Positions 28,548 through 38,634 of a DNA stretch of 64,000 nucleotides are shown here, in pieces. Numbering within the stretch: position 1 is the stretch's first letter; every line of letters begins with the position of its first letter. Origin of the DNA: Oligoflexia bacterium (GTDB taxonomy: Bacteria > Bdellovibrionota > UBA1018). The stretch covers positions 2,645 through 66,644 of the forward strand of contig CAIRTR010000299.1 in NCBI GenBank assembly GCA_903881565.1, written 5' to 3'. A program made the translations under genes and the position numbers. Below the pieces are notes generated by a model, which did not search any database, was not told where the DNA came from, and worked only from the letters and a program-made list of their open reading frames with translations.

Positions 28548-29396
28548 ATGCCACAACATGGGATGGACGCATTGACTTTTTTAGCAGCGCCCTTTGTGAT
28601 GTGCCTCATTTTGGCGGGAATTCATTGCTATCTGGGGCTTCATGTTCTTGCTCGAGGCGTGATCTTTGTCGATTTGTCGTTAGCGCAGGTGGCGGCCTTG
28701 GGCGCGACCGTCGGCGTGCTGTTGGGGTTTGATCATCATGATGGTGCCACTTATCTTATTTCGTTGGCCTTCACGTTTTGTGCGGCCGCCCTGTTTGCGC
28801 TTGCTCGCAGGCACGAGAAGCTTTTCTCGCAAGAAGCGATCATAGGCATCGTGTATGCGCTGGCTTCAGCGGCGGTCGTGTTGGTCGTGGATCGCGTGGC
28901 GCACGGGGCGGAGCACATCAAGGATATCTTGGTGGGGCAAGTCCTGTGGGTGACCTGGGCTGATGTTTTGAAGACGGCTGCGATTTACTCCGTAGTTTCA
29001 ATTGTGCACTTTGTTTTTCGAAAGCAGTTGCTTGCGGCGTCATTTGGAAAACATGTGGGTTCGACGGCCGTTTGGGATTTTCTATTCTATGCTCTTTTTG
29101 GGGTCGTGATCACGTCGTCGGTGAGCTTGGCCGGCGTCCTTCAAGTATTTGCCTATCTCATTGTGCCTGCCGTGGTGGGTACTTTGCTATTTAAGACGAT
29201 TAGGGCTCGGTTGTTTTTTGGCTGGGCGTTGGGGTTTTTCGTGAGCTTTGGCGCGATGTGGCTGAGTTATGTCTGGGATTTGCCTGCAGGAGCCTTTATC
29301 GTGGTTTGTTTCACAGCGCTTCCCGTTTTGCTTTTGCTTGCCTCTTCTCTTTTTCGGATATCGGGCTTGCGGATTGCGGGATTTAAGCGAAAATAG
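28548..29396 (+). CDS. Metal ABC transporter permease (ABC-3/ZnuB-like)
   Basis: YLGLHVLARGVIFVDLSLAQVAALG, EAIIG, GVLQVFAYLIVPA; multiple TM segments. Confidence 0.9.
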   Translation: MPQHGMDALTFLAAPFVMCLILAGIHCYLGLHVLARGVIFVDLSLAQVAALGATVGVLLGFDHHDGATYLISLAFTFCAAALFALARRHEKLFSQEAIIGIVYALASAAVVLVVDRVAHGAEHIKDILVGQVLWVTWADVLKTAAIYSVVSIVHFVFRKQLLAASFGKHVGSTAVWDFLFYALFGVVITSSVSLAGVLQVFAYLIVPAVVGTLLFKTIRARLFFGWALGFFVSFGAMWLSYVWDLPAGAFIVVCFTALPVLLLLASSLFRISGLRIAGFKRK

Positions 29397-29400
29397 GGGG

Positions 29401-29970
29401 ATGAAACTCAAACGCTTCGCCTTCTTGGTTTGTGCAATTACTGTCGCATTCACTTCTAGCTCTGCCCGGGCTGAGCCCCTGTCTCTGGGGATAGAACCTT
29501 TAGTCGGTTATGAGCTTGTTCGAAAGCTCTATCCCACCGAGCACAGTTCGAAGCGGATATTTTATGGGGGTAGAATGACGCTTGGGATTTTGCTCATCTC
29601 CCTTGAGGGCGAGTATACGCGGGGGAGCAATTCTGAAACCTATGATGCTCAAGGCATCACGTATAAAGACACTGCAGATCGGGCAAAGCTTGGGCTTCGC
29701 TCAGGGATGCGGTTGAGCACCTTGTTGAAATTATATGCGCGTGCGGGGGGGCAGGCTTCGCGCAACAAGCATGAGGAGATCGCGGGAGCAGATGATTACG
29801 CGATCTGGGAGCCGATCAAAGTGCGGCCTTATGCCGGTGCGGGTTTTCGAGTTGCGCTGAGTTCAAAGTTTGCTTTTACGGCCGATGTTGTGGGCGTCAT
29901 CAATGATTATCACTTGCTGCGAAACAACGAATATCAGACGACAGCAGGCTTTGTCGTGAGGCTCCCCTGA
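29401..29970 (+). CDS. Small outer-membrane beta-barrel protein
   Basis: Signal peptide ending ARA; PYAGAG; amphipathic strands. Confidence 0.65.
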   Translation: MKLKRFAFLVCAITVAFTSSSARAEPLSLGIEPLVGYELVRKLYPTEHSSKRIFYGGRMTLGILLISLEGEYTRGSNSETYDAQGITYKDTADRAKLGLRSGMRLSTLLKLYARAGGQASRNKHEEIAGADDYAIWEPIKVRPYAGAGFRVALSSKFAFTADVVGVINDYHLLRNNEYQTTAGFVVRLP

Positions 29971-30770
29971 TGCGGATGCCTGTTTTGTTCTTAGGGCACG
30001 GCAATCCCATGCACGCCGTAACCGAAGATGCGTTCTCAAAAACGTTGGGAGAGCTTGGGGCCCGTTTGCCCGCTCCCAAAGCGATTCTTTGTATTTCGGC
30101 GCATTGGTTGACTCAAGGGACGTTTGTCACGCATGTGGCTCAGCCTAAGACGATTCATGATTTTTTCGGGTTTCCAAAACCGCTTTTTGAAGTGCAGTAC
30201 AAGGCGCCAGGAAGTCCTGAGCTTGCGGAGCGTATTTATTCTCAGATTTCAAAGCCTGGCTTTGAAATCCAATTGGATGAGCAGTGGGGGCTGGATCATG
30301 GAGCGTGGGCAGTTCTCAGGCACCTTTATCCACAGGCTAATGTTCCTGTTGTTCAGCTCAGTATCGATACGGAGCAGTCCTTGAGTTTTCATTATAAATT
30401 GGGGATGGAACTTCGCAAACTTCGTGATGAGGGAGTCCTGATCGTGGGCAGTGGAAACATCGTGCATAATTTACGGCAGATTAAGTGGGAACCTAATCCT
30501 CCCGCGTCTGACTGGGCCGTGAGTTTTGATGAGTGGGTGAAGTCTAGGTTGCTCGCGCGCGATTTTGCAGCCCTTGCGAGTGATGATCTTTGGAACGACG
30601 TGGGAGAGTCTGCTCGCATGAGTGTGCCGAGTTGGGATCATTGGATACCGATTCTGTATGCGCTAGGGGCGTCAGATGAGGGCGATTCGTTGGAATTTGT
30701 GTATGATGCGATTGAAAACGGATCAATCGCGATGCGAAGCCTTGTGCTGGGGGCGGGGGCGAAGGTTTAG
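29970..30770 (+). CDS. ygiD: 4,5-DOPA extradiol dioxygenase
   Basis: MPVLFLGHGNPM, ISAHW, TIHDFFGFP, WGLDHGAW, GSGNIVHNL. Confidence 0.92.
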   Translation: MRMPVLFLGHGNPMHAVTEDAFSKTLGELGARLPAPKAILCISAHWLTQGTFVTHVAQPKTIHDFFGFPKPLFEVQYKAPGSPELAERIYSQISKPGFEIQLDEQWGLDHGAWAVLRHLYPQANVPVVQLSIDTEQSLSFHYKLGMELRKLRDEGVLIVGSGNIVHNLRQIKWEPNPPASDWAVSFDEWVKSRLLARDFAALASDDLWNDVGESARMSVPSWDHWIPILYALGASDEGDSLEFVYDAIENGSIAMRSLVLGAGAKV

Positions 30771-30790
30771 GAAAGAGCTACGATTCGCTC

Positions 30791-30856
30791 GTTAATTAGT
30801 GGAATAGAGTGGAATTCATATTTTTGGATTGATTCCACTCTATTCCACTAATTAAC
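30791..30856. repeat. Perfect 25-bp inverted repeat with 16-nt loop between convergent genes
   Basis: gttaattagtggaatagagtggaat (30791-30815) / attccactctattccactaattaac (30832-30856). Confidence 0.9.
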
Positions 30857-30873
30857 TACTGTAAATCGACTGT

Positions 30874-31518
30874 CTACGCCTTCTTCACGTTGACTGCGTT
30901 CAAACCTTTTTTGCCTTCTTGAATCTCAAATTGGAGAATGAGGATGACTCGAATCCCTTTCATCTGGGCTTCGTCTGCCATTTTTTGAAGTTCAGCAGGA
31001 AGGGTCAGAAACATATGGGTTCCGAGGTCCTTGGGGTCGAGGGCAGGGAACGCAAGGCCTTTGCTTTCGTTAAAGAATTTAACGGTGCCTGTTTTCATGC
31101 GCTTGAGTTCCGAAGAATTCTTGGCAGAGGCATCAGCAAGGACTAAAGCCGAGAGGGGAACCACTTCATTGATTCCATCCATGTGGGGTGCGGCGCCCTT
31201 GGCTTTTTCGCTGAGAATTTCGAATATCGATTCGCTCGAGACGGCTCCTGCAAGGACGCCTCCCGCAAACGGGATAGAGCCTATAGCCGCAGAGACGGCT
31301 GTTTTTCCTAGGTTGATCGGAGTTTCTACGAGTTTGAAGTAAGCCGTCGTTACGCCGGCTTCGTCGCGCATATCCAAGGAGTAGGAATAAGTCCCAGGGT
31401 CAAGACTCAGGTGGACTTGGGCGATGTTGTCGTTGATTTGTTTCTTGTCTGCGGCTTGTGCAGAGACTGAAAGGGCGAGGGCGAAAAATGTGATAAAGAC
31501 GGTGAGTTTTTTGCTCAT
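30874..31518 (-). CDS. Secreted hypothetical protein
   Basis: Signal peptide ending AQA; RBS gaagga; sigma54 motif upstream. Confidence 0.65.
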   Translation of the reverse strand: MSKKLTVFITFFALALSVSAQAADKKQINDNIAQVHLSLDPGTYSYSLDMRDEAGVTTAYFKLVETPINLGKTAVSAAIGSIPFAGGVLAGAVSSESIFEILSEKAKGAAPHMDGINEVVPLSALVLADASAKNSSELKRMKTGTVKFFNESKGLAFPALDPKDLGTHMFLTLPAELQKMADEAQMKGIRVILILQFEIQEGKKGLNAVNVKKA

Positions 31519-31551
31519 AAATAGGGTTCCTTCTCTCTTGGGGCATCATTT

Positions 31552-31567
31552 AGCAATCGATGCGCCA
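31552..31567 (-). promoter_or_regulatory. sigma54 promoter
   Basis: TGGCGCATCGATTGCT, GG-N10-GC. Confidence 0.6.
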
Positions 31568-32009
31568 AAAGCCGATGGGCAAAAACTCAACAAATTCGAT
31601 AAGCTGAAATCGTTGAACTGTCTAAGAATTAGACGACTGTGTTAGGATTACTTACGCATTTCCAGAAGTGAAATGGCATTTTCAATTCAAGAAGGCTTTT
31701 ACAAAATCAGCCTCCGTAATGATCCCCACAAGTTTTTCGGCCGCAACTCGCGCGGAGGAGTCGGGTGAGATGGTTAGCATTTTTCGTCCCATTACCTGAT
31801 GGATGGCTCGTTTCTCAAAAACCTCTTTGAGAGTTTTCATTTCAGGTTACCATTCGCAAAGATTGCGCCAGTCGGAGGGCTTGCTCTCGCCTGGAAATCA
31901 GCGCAAGGTCATGACGCTTCTTTTGCAGGCGCTGGAGTTTGTTTCCGTGAATCAAAAAGAAGAAGCAGATAATGCTCTTGATCGACTCAAGAACCTCTGT
32001 GACTAGCCG

Positions 32010-33275
32010 CTAGCTCAGAGTCCGCGTTGCGATATTCGATTCTGTGCCGCCACGCCCTGATTCGCCTCCTTCTCGTCCTTCCCTTCCTTGCGTGTCCTGA
32101 AACTTCTTAAGCGGAATATTCTCCGGGAACTGTGGGCGATCCGGCACGGCGCGCGCTACCTCTTCTTTTTGTGCTTTTTCTCTGAACGCGTAAGTGTTTT
32201 TCTTAGGCACGGTCACGACGAGCGTGTCGCCTTGAAACTCGCGAGCGAGCTTCTTGCCATCCACGGGCCAGGGCAGGGGGAAACTTTCGCTATAGGATTG
32301 GAAGGACTGTGAGCTTTGGGTGTGTCCGGGAGCGAGATCGAGCTTCTCCTGAGCTCTTCGAGTGCCCGAAAGAACGAGATTGTCTCCCCGAACGGATAGG
32401 TTTACATTCTTCTGCTCGTGCTCGGGAATCGTTGCTCTGAGGACAAAGTTGTCGCCTTCTTCAGTAAGTTTTGCATCCAAGCGCAGGAGCTTGTAAAAGG
32501 GGTCTTCTTGTCTGGAAGCGTAGGCCGAAAGTTTGGCCGAAGTGTCCAAGCGTGTTTCTTTGATTTTTCGAGCGGCTTGGGACTCTAAGCGAGCAAGGTC
32601 GGTGCGCTCGTTATCGGTGAGTTCTTTTGATCGTTGCTCGAAATGCTCGCGCGCTTGCTCTGTTGCGGCATGGGCGTTGGTGGTGATACGCTCAAATTCC
32701 TTGTCAGCCTCTTCGGTGGCTTGGCCGATATTGAGGGTGGTCGTGTTTCTCATCGCGTCCGTTTGGGCGCTATGCTTTTGTTGCAGATCTTCTAAAAGCA
32801 TTTGTTGCTCTTTTTGGGCGCTGTCTCGTTGCATTCCGTTTTGGGTTAAAATCGTATCGAGCTGTTCGCGTCCCTTTGTTTCGGTCCCGTAAATCGTGTC
32901 GGTATAGTAGTTTTTGGTGTCCGCAAGCGTGCGCTCTCCTTCGCGCTTGACGCGATTAAGTTCCGCTTGCTGTTGGCGCTGCAATTCTCGGATACGGGCA
33001 TAGCCACTTTCGCGCTGAGACTCGAGAGAAGTGTCCTGCCGTTCGGCTTCATTCTCTTTCATTTTTGAGTAACTATCTTTGATCTGATCTAAAGTCGTGG
33101 ATTCTTCTTGCTGGGTTTGCTGCACTTGCTTGTGCGCAGCCAGGATGCGGTTTCGCGCTTCTTTTTCTGCCGCTCCGGCCGATTGTTGGTTCGGATCTTC
33201 GCCTTCACGGGCTTGAGACCGAGTCTGCTGAGTGAGCGCTGATCGCGTAGCGGGGGTCGGTGTAATCGACGACAT
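32010..33275 (-). CDS. Long coiled-coil protein with C-terminal Hsp20/alpha-crystallin domain
   Basis: About 250 aa Q/E/R-rich helix, then FVLRATIP...VNLSVRGDNLVLSG...YSESFPLP..VD...FQGDTLVVTVPK. Confidence 0.8.
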   Translation of the reverse strand: MSSITPTPATRSALTQQTRSQAREGEDPNQQSAGAAEKEARNRILAAHKQVQQTQQEESTTLDQIKDSYSKMKENEAERQDTSLESQRESGYARIRELQRQQQAELNRVKREGERTLADTKNYYTDTIYGTETKGREQLDTILTQNGMQRDSAQKEQQMLLEDLQQKHSAQTDAMRNTTTLNIGQATEEADKEFERITTNAHAATEQAREHFEQRSKELTDNERTDLARLESQAARKIKETRLDTSAKLSAYASRQEDPFYKLLRLDAKLTEEGDNFVLRATIPEHEQKNVNLSVRGDNLVLSGTRRAQEKLDLAPGHTQSSQSFQSYSESFPLPWPVDGKKLAREFQGDTLVVTVPKKNTYAFREKAQKEEVARAVPDRPQFPENIPLKKFQDTQGREGREGGESGRGGTESNIATRTLS

Positions 33276-33439
33276 AATCCCTTCCTTGGGAAATAACCAG
33301 GGGGGTCCCCGGTCGTGCAGCCCTGCTATAAGGATAACCGAAGCCAATAGGGCCTTGCAAGCTGCGGCATGAAAAAAGATGTCGATTTTAATGCACTGCA
33401 GATTTGACTCCTCGCGGAACCTCTGCCTACAATTAACTT

Positions 33440-34543
33440 ATGAGTAGGACCCCGACACGGAAGTCAGTGGAGCGCCGAAAGAAACCAAGAACCAAGAAAT
33501 CTTCGGCTCGTGAAGTTGCTAAACCCTCTCGTCTTAAGTCCCAGGAGTCTCATGCTCCTCAGGAGCTTTCTGCTGTAGACGGATGCAGAAGCTGTGGCAA
33601 GGATTTGAGAGGTTCTGAACGAGCATTGTTTGTCGAAGAGGATGTGGGCCGGGTTTTTTGTTCGGAAACCTGTATCTCGGCACATTTTACCCCCGAGATC
33701 GAGCGTCTTGAAAAAGACTATCTTAGGCGAGTCTCGTCGAGTGATTTGACGGCCGAAGAGCGCGAAAAGTACGCGCATCTGCGTTGGATCACCCTTCAAG
33801 AAGCCGATGAAGTGTGGCGCGAGAAGACGCTCACGGGCGATCATCGCTATACTCTGATTTCGGAGTATTCGCCCGGCACCGAGAAAATCTGGTCCATCTG
33901 CATTTGTCTGTTTTTGCGTGATGAGCCCAGTTTCTTGTATCTGGCGTTTCCTACCCGAAGCACCGCCTTGATGAATGCCTATCGAAAAGGGGAGCGCGTC
34001 CGTTGGGAAAAACCCGAGTCGTCGAAAGCGGCCAAACGGGGAGCAGCCAAAAAAAGCGCCAAGCAGCAGGAGTCCGCCCCTGTCGGCCCTGAGGAGGACT
34101 TCGAAAGGACCGACCGCCTGGGTGAGCCTTGGACCGATGATGAAACGTTTCTCGCGCAGATGAATCAAGACCGCTCGCAGCGCTCGGATGACGATATCCA
34201 ACCTGAGGAGTTCAGCCTCTATGAAGGCTTTGTGGATGAGACGCTTGAAAATCCCGATGAGGTTTGGGTTTTGGAAACGTTAGCCGAGGGTGAGGCCGCG
34301 AATGCTGAAGCGGCAAATGCCGAGGTGGGGCCGCCTCGAGTTTTTCATTTTATAAAACAATTTGAAAAAGAGAACCCGCCGATTTGGTACGTCATCGTCG
34401 CGCGCGATACGGATGAAGAAGAGCAAATCGAGATTCTCGATGCGTTTCCCACCCGTGATCCTGAAGTCATCGAACGATATCGGCGAGGCGAGCAGCAAGT
34501 CGGCGGAGCGCTGACTCGAACGAACGTTCGAACGGTGCACTAG
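33440..34543 (+). CDS. Zn-finger protein with tandem PBECR2/RelE-like nuclease-fold domains
   Basis: CRSC...FCSETC; duplicated motif TLQEADEVW...LAFPT / TLENPDEVW...DAFPT; TTGACT-N18-TACAAT promoter 6 nt before the ATG. Confidence 0.55.
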   Translation: MSRTPTRKSVERRKKPRTKKSSAREVAKPSRLKSQESHAPQELSAVDGCRSCGKDLRGSERALFVEEDVGRVFCSETCISAHFTPEIERLEKDYLRRVSSSDLTAEEREKYAHLRWITLQEADEVWREKTLTGDHRYTLISEYSPGTEKIWSICICLFLRDEPSFLYLAFPTRSTALMNAYRKGERVRWEKPESSKAAKRGAAKKSAKQQESAPVGPEEDFERTDRLGEPWTDDETFLAQMNQDRSQRSDDDIQPEEFSLYEGFVDETLENPDEVWVLETLAEGEAANAEAANAEVGPPRVFHFIKQFEKENPPIWYVIVARDTDEEEQIEILDAFPTRDPEVIERYRRGEQQVGGALTRTNVRTVH

Positions 34544-34558
34544 CGTTCGTTAGAGTTA

Positions 34559-35149
34559 TTATCTGAATTGACCGAATGAAAAAGCGGGGCAGAGGTATTC
34601 ATTGCCCGACAGCAGGCATTGCTGCATTTGTTGCTGGTTTGCATAGTCCACGACAAAAACCGCGTTGTATTGGATTCCTTTAAATTCGACAAAAGCGCCT
34701 GAAGCAGCAAGATCGGTGCATTGATTAAACAGGCCGCCGGTTTGCGTATTGGCTTTGGTGAGAATATTTTGGGCGTCGATGACTTCAATAGGAAAAACAC
34801 AGATTTTTCTTGCGATAAAAGGCGAGAGATCCAACATGATCTTCGATTCATCCGTGCGATGGCGACACACCGTATAGTCATGGGTGCGTTCAATGTCGGC
34901 ATCGTAGGTCGGCGTGACGTTTACTTGTGAGGGACACGTGTAATCTGGATTCTGGTTTGCAGCTAGGCTCAGATCCACACTGGATTGGGTTGAGTTTGAA
35001 CTCGTGGACGTAGCAGGCGCGCGTACTGTTTTCCCAGCGGAGAGTCCCATGATTCGGGGCTGCGTTCCACACCCACTTGAGAGGGTAATGAAAATGACGG
35101 CTGATCCGCTCATAACTAGAAAAGTTGAAATACGTCGAATGGAGTTCAT
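34559..35149 (-). CDS. Cys-rich lipoprotein
   Basis: Lipobox LSSGC, S/T linker, several Cys. Confidence 0.7.
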   Translation of the reverse strand: MNSIRRISTFLVMSGSAVIFITLSSGCGTQPRIMGLSAGKTVRAPATSTSSNSTQSSVDLSLAANQNPDYTCPSQVNVTPTYDADIERTHDYTVCRHRTDESKIMLDLSPFIARKICVFPIEVIDAQNILTKANTQTGGLFNQCTDLAASGAFVEFKGIQYNAVFVVDYANQQQMQQCLLSGNEYLCPAFSFGQFR

Positions 35150-35161
35150 ACTCGTAGTTAA

Positions 35162-35177
35162 AGCAAGGGGTGTGCCG
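35162..35177 (-). promoter_or_regulatory. sigma54 promoter
   Basis: CGGCACACCCCTTGCT; ATG 13 nt after the GC. Confidence 0.6.
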
Positions 35178-35473
35178 GAGCGGGGTGGGGTGGTTTTACG
35201 GGGTTTTTACGGGTTTGTCGATTGAGGATGGGCGGGAGGTGTCTAAGCTTTTGACAGTTGAGTGGTGCCGTGACCCCGCCGGCGTTGCGGTAGCACGCTC
35301 TCCCGTAAGCCCACGGTGAGGGACTAGTTTGTACAGTAAAAAAGTTTATTTTAAGACCCTAATAAAACCAAGCGTGTAAAAAAATATTTTTTAAAAATAT
35401 CTCTTTGACCATACTTAATTCACATGCCAAAATTTCTTATGGCATCCATCCATCCAGCTGACCTGGCTTTAAA

Positions 35474-37596
35474 ATGCGCAACGAAGTAAGCGCAAAACAT
35501 ATCCACGACGGCATTAAAGAGCTTCTACCCACAATCCTGTACGCGGGTATTGCCAGTGTTCTAGGGCTTGCTCTTTTTCTGATCTTGCACCGTTTTGCCA
35601 GTGAGCCCTTTTCTCATCGAACCTTTATGTCCGGGCATTTGATTTTTATCGCGGCCTTCTTCGGGGTGCTGACCTATGGTTTTCAAAAACTGCGAAAATC
35701 ACAAACGTTTAGCAACATCGTGCTCCGGACGCTGCCCTTTCCGATGGATATTGTGGACTCACAAGGGACGATTCTATTCGCCAACAAGCACATGCTGGAT
35801 ATATTTGGCAGAGATATTCGTGGCGAGCGTTGCTGGGAAATCTACATGGATGATTGCCAGCAAAGTGAGATGTGCCCCCTTCGTGAGTCTATGGTGTTGG
35901 GTCAGACTAAATCCATTGAGGTGAGTGGGGCGCTGGGGGGGCAGGTTTTTGATGTTTGGCATACCTGGATTCAGTACGAAGGAAAGCCCGCGATTCTTGA
36001 AGTCTTTCAGAACATCACCGAGCGAAAACGAAGAGAAGTAGCTTTAATTGGAAGCGAGAAAAGGCATCGCACGCTGTTTGCCAGCTCACAAGATGCACTG
36101 ATGACTCTCGCGCCCCCTTCGTGGGCTTTTATCCAGGGCAACGCCCAAGCAATCAGACTGTTTGGCGCAAAGGATGAGGTGGATTTTGTTTCTCGCGCTC
36201 CCTGGGAATTCTCTCCTGAGTGCCAACCCAACGGCGTGCAATCCTCCAGCATGGCCAAGGAGATGATCGAAGTCGCAATGCGCTACGGTACCCACTCCTT
36301 TGAGTGGCTGCATAGAACCTTGAGTGGCAGAGAGTTTTTTGCCGCAGTCACGCTGACACGATTGCAAGTGGATGAGCAGCATTTCTTGCAAGCTACAGTG
36401 CGCGATCTTACCGCCATCAAGAATGTTGAGCGCGAAAAGGCAGCGACCCAGGCCCAACTGCTTCACGCCTCGAAGCTGGCATCTTTAGGTTCGCTTGCCG
36501 CAGGAGTGGGCCATGAGATTAATAATCCGTTGGCCATCATTCTTACGAATTGCGATGTGATCTCGAGGTTGGTGAAAAACCTCGGCGGAAACGAAGAGAT
36601 TGCCTCGTGCTTGGAGGATCAGCGCAAGGCCGTTAAGCGAGGTGCCGCGATCGTCAAGGGGTTGCGCAGTTTTGCTCGCGTAGATACCAGCGAGAATAAA
36701 ATGATCGATATTCACAAAACGATCAAAGGCCCCCTTTCGTTTTTTGGCCCCCTTTACCTTAAAGATGGGATTGCCATTGAAGAGCGCCTCAACTCAAGAC
36801 AACCGTTTTTTGTTGGAAACGAAGGGAAACTCCAGCAAGTGATCATCAATCTTCTGTCAAACGCGAAGGACGCCTGCGAAGGTAAAGACGGTGGGATCAT
36901 TACGGTGGAGACGGCGGATGAGGTTGCGGCCGAGGGGGCTCGGGTGGTCCTTCGGATTTCGGATAGTGGGTCGGGGATTTCGCAAGAGCACCTCACTAAG
37001 ATATTCGAGCCGTTCTTTACCACCAAGCCCGTCGGCAAAGGCACGGGCATAGGGCTTCCGATCTCCTATTCGATTATCCAGTCTTTCGGCGGCACGATGA
37101 GCGTGGAAAGTGAGCAAGGCAAGGGGACATCCTTCAGGATTGCGGTTCCGTTATCCACCGCCACCTCTGGGGACACCGGGGGGCTTGATAAAACTGACAA
37201 TGCGAGCCGAGAACAAGAGCGAGTCCGAGAAGAAGCAAAAGACGCACGAAAATTTTCGGGTCACGCTCTGATCGTTGATGATGAAGAGACGCTTCGTGAA
37301 GTTTATAAGAAGATGCTGACGTATCTTGGCGTCGCAGTGACTACGGCACCAGACGGGGTTACCGCCCTTGAGATTTTGAAAACGAAAACTTTTGATTGCG
37401 TCTTTGTCGACAACAAGATGCCAGGAATGAGTGGACTTGCGCTCATCTTGCCGGGACTCGGTTTGTGGTCATGTCGGGTGATCTTGATATTGACGCTGTC
37501 CCGCAGCAGCTTGGTATGAACGCAAAAATATACGGCTACCTCAAAAAGCCTTTTGCGACAGAGGAGCTTGTCGCATTTTTAAGGCAGGTACCCTAG
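35474..37596 (+). pseudogene. PAS-PAS hybrid histidine kinase with frameshifted receiver domain
   Basis: Two TM segments, PAS domains, HEINNPL, N/G1/F/G2 boxes. The receiver (LIVDDE...VDNKMPGMSG) shifts frame near 37445; its end (FVVMSG...YLKKPF) is in another frame ending 37596. Confidence 0.85.
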
Positions 37597-37831
37597 AATA
37601 GAAAAGGATTAGCCTAGTTTGCTCCCATAAACTTTTTGAAGAGTTTATGAACGCCAGAAACACGGCCCATCTTGCAATCTTCGTTCAATGCCACAACACG
37701 ATTCTCAGGGTTTTCACGGGCGAAAGAGGCCCCTCAGGGCTGACGCCACACCTCGGTAAACACGCGGCGGGTGGCGGGTGGCTTCAGTTTAGCCTTGCAA
37801 TGACATTGCCCGTGACTTATATGCCTCTCAG

Positions 37832-38527
37832 ATGTCCGCTGACCACCCAAAAAAGAAAATCTCCAAGCCCAAAGCGCCCAGAGCTCCAAGAGCGTCAAAA
37901 GCTTCAAGACCCACCCAGCTCTTATTGCCGCTTGCAGGCCTCAAGACCGGAAAAGCTGCCCAAGAACATGGCGGAGAAACGTACGCCAAATCGGGCCGTC
38001 GTAAAACCGCGCGCCCTTTTGATCCCCGAAAACCCCTGCACATCACGATGCGCTCGTCACTGGCGGTTGCAGAGCGCTCTATGCTTCACCCTAAACGTGC
38101 GCGCATCATTAAAAACATTGTCTATAATGCCGGCAAACGACAGGGCATCGAGATAAAGAAATATGTGTGCGTGGGAAACCATTTGCATATCCTGCTTCAG
38201 ACTAAAGCTCGGCGTATGATCCACGCCCGACCGGCACTCCGAGCCTTCTTGCGAGAGGTGGGCGGGCTCGTCGCACGCGTCGTGACCGGCGCAGAGAAGG
38301 GGCGACCCCTGAACCTAGCAAGACAGACGGCCACACAGCAGACTCAAGAAAAAGAAAACCTGCGATTCTGGGATCATCTCGCCTGGTCACGCATTGTGAG
38401 CTGGGGAAAAGATTTGCTCGGAGTCGGCAAGTATTTTCTAAAAAACGAATACGACGCTATACATATTCTCACCCTGAACTGCTGGCCAGACGTAGGATTG
38501 CAGGACACCCGAGCCTCACCGGGCTAA
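37832..38527 (+). CDS. Solo HUH Y1 transposase (IS200/RAYT-like)
   Basis: PLHITMRS, CVGNHLHILL (HUH), RFW...SRIVSWG, KYFLKN (catalytic Tyr); no tnpB nearby. Confidence 0.82.
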   Translation: MSADHPKKKISKPKAPRAPRASKASRPTQLLLPLAGLKTGKAAQEHGGETYAKSGRRKTARPFDPRKPLHITMRSSLAVAERSMLHPKRARIIKNIVYNAGKRQGIEIKKYVCVGNHLHILLQTKARRMIHARPALRAFLREVGGLVARVVTGAEKGRPLNLARQTATQQTQEKENLRFWDHLAWSRIVSWGKDLLGVGKYFLKNEYDAIHILTLNCWPDVGLQDTRASPG

Positions 38528-38634
38528 AGCGCGCCGCCCACGAGGGCGATGCTCGATTGCGCGAAAACTATTCCATCAATGTGCCGCGCAAGGGGCTCGA
38601 GAGCCAAATCATTCTTCACCGAGAACTGCCGCAT

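Noticed and set aside
31719..32006. Small ORF 31803-32006 with an in-frame upstream segment past TGA 31797 (pseudogene or recoding)
   Set aside because: No recognisable family; could be chance. TGA is a normal stop in this window.
33464..34201. Long antisense and overlapping ORFs (e.g. 136-432, 383-817, 2335-2925, 33464-34201, 60616-61257, 37647-38156)
   Set aside because: Shadows of well-supported genes, with no motifs or RBS.
35262..35300. GU-rich hairpin as a tRNA or ncRNA
   Set aside because: No cloverleaf or T-loop; too little evidence to call.
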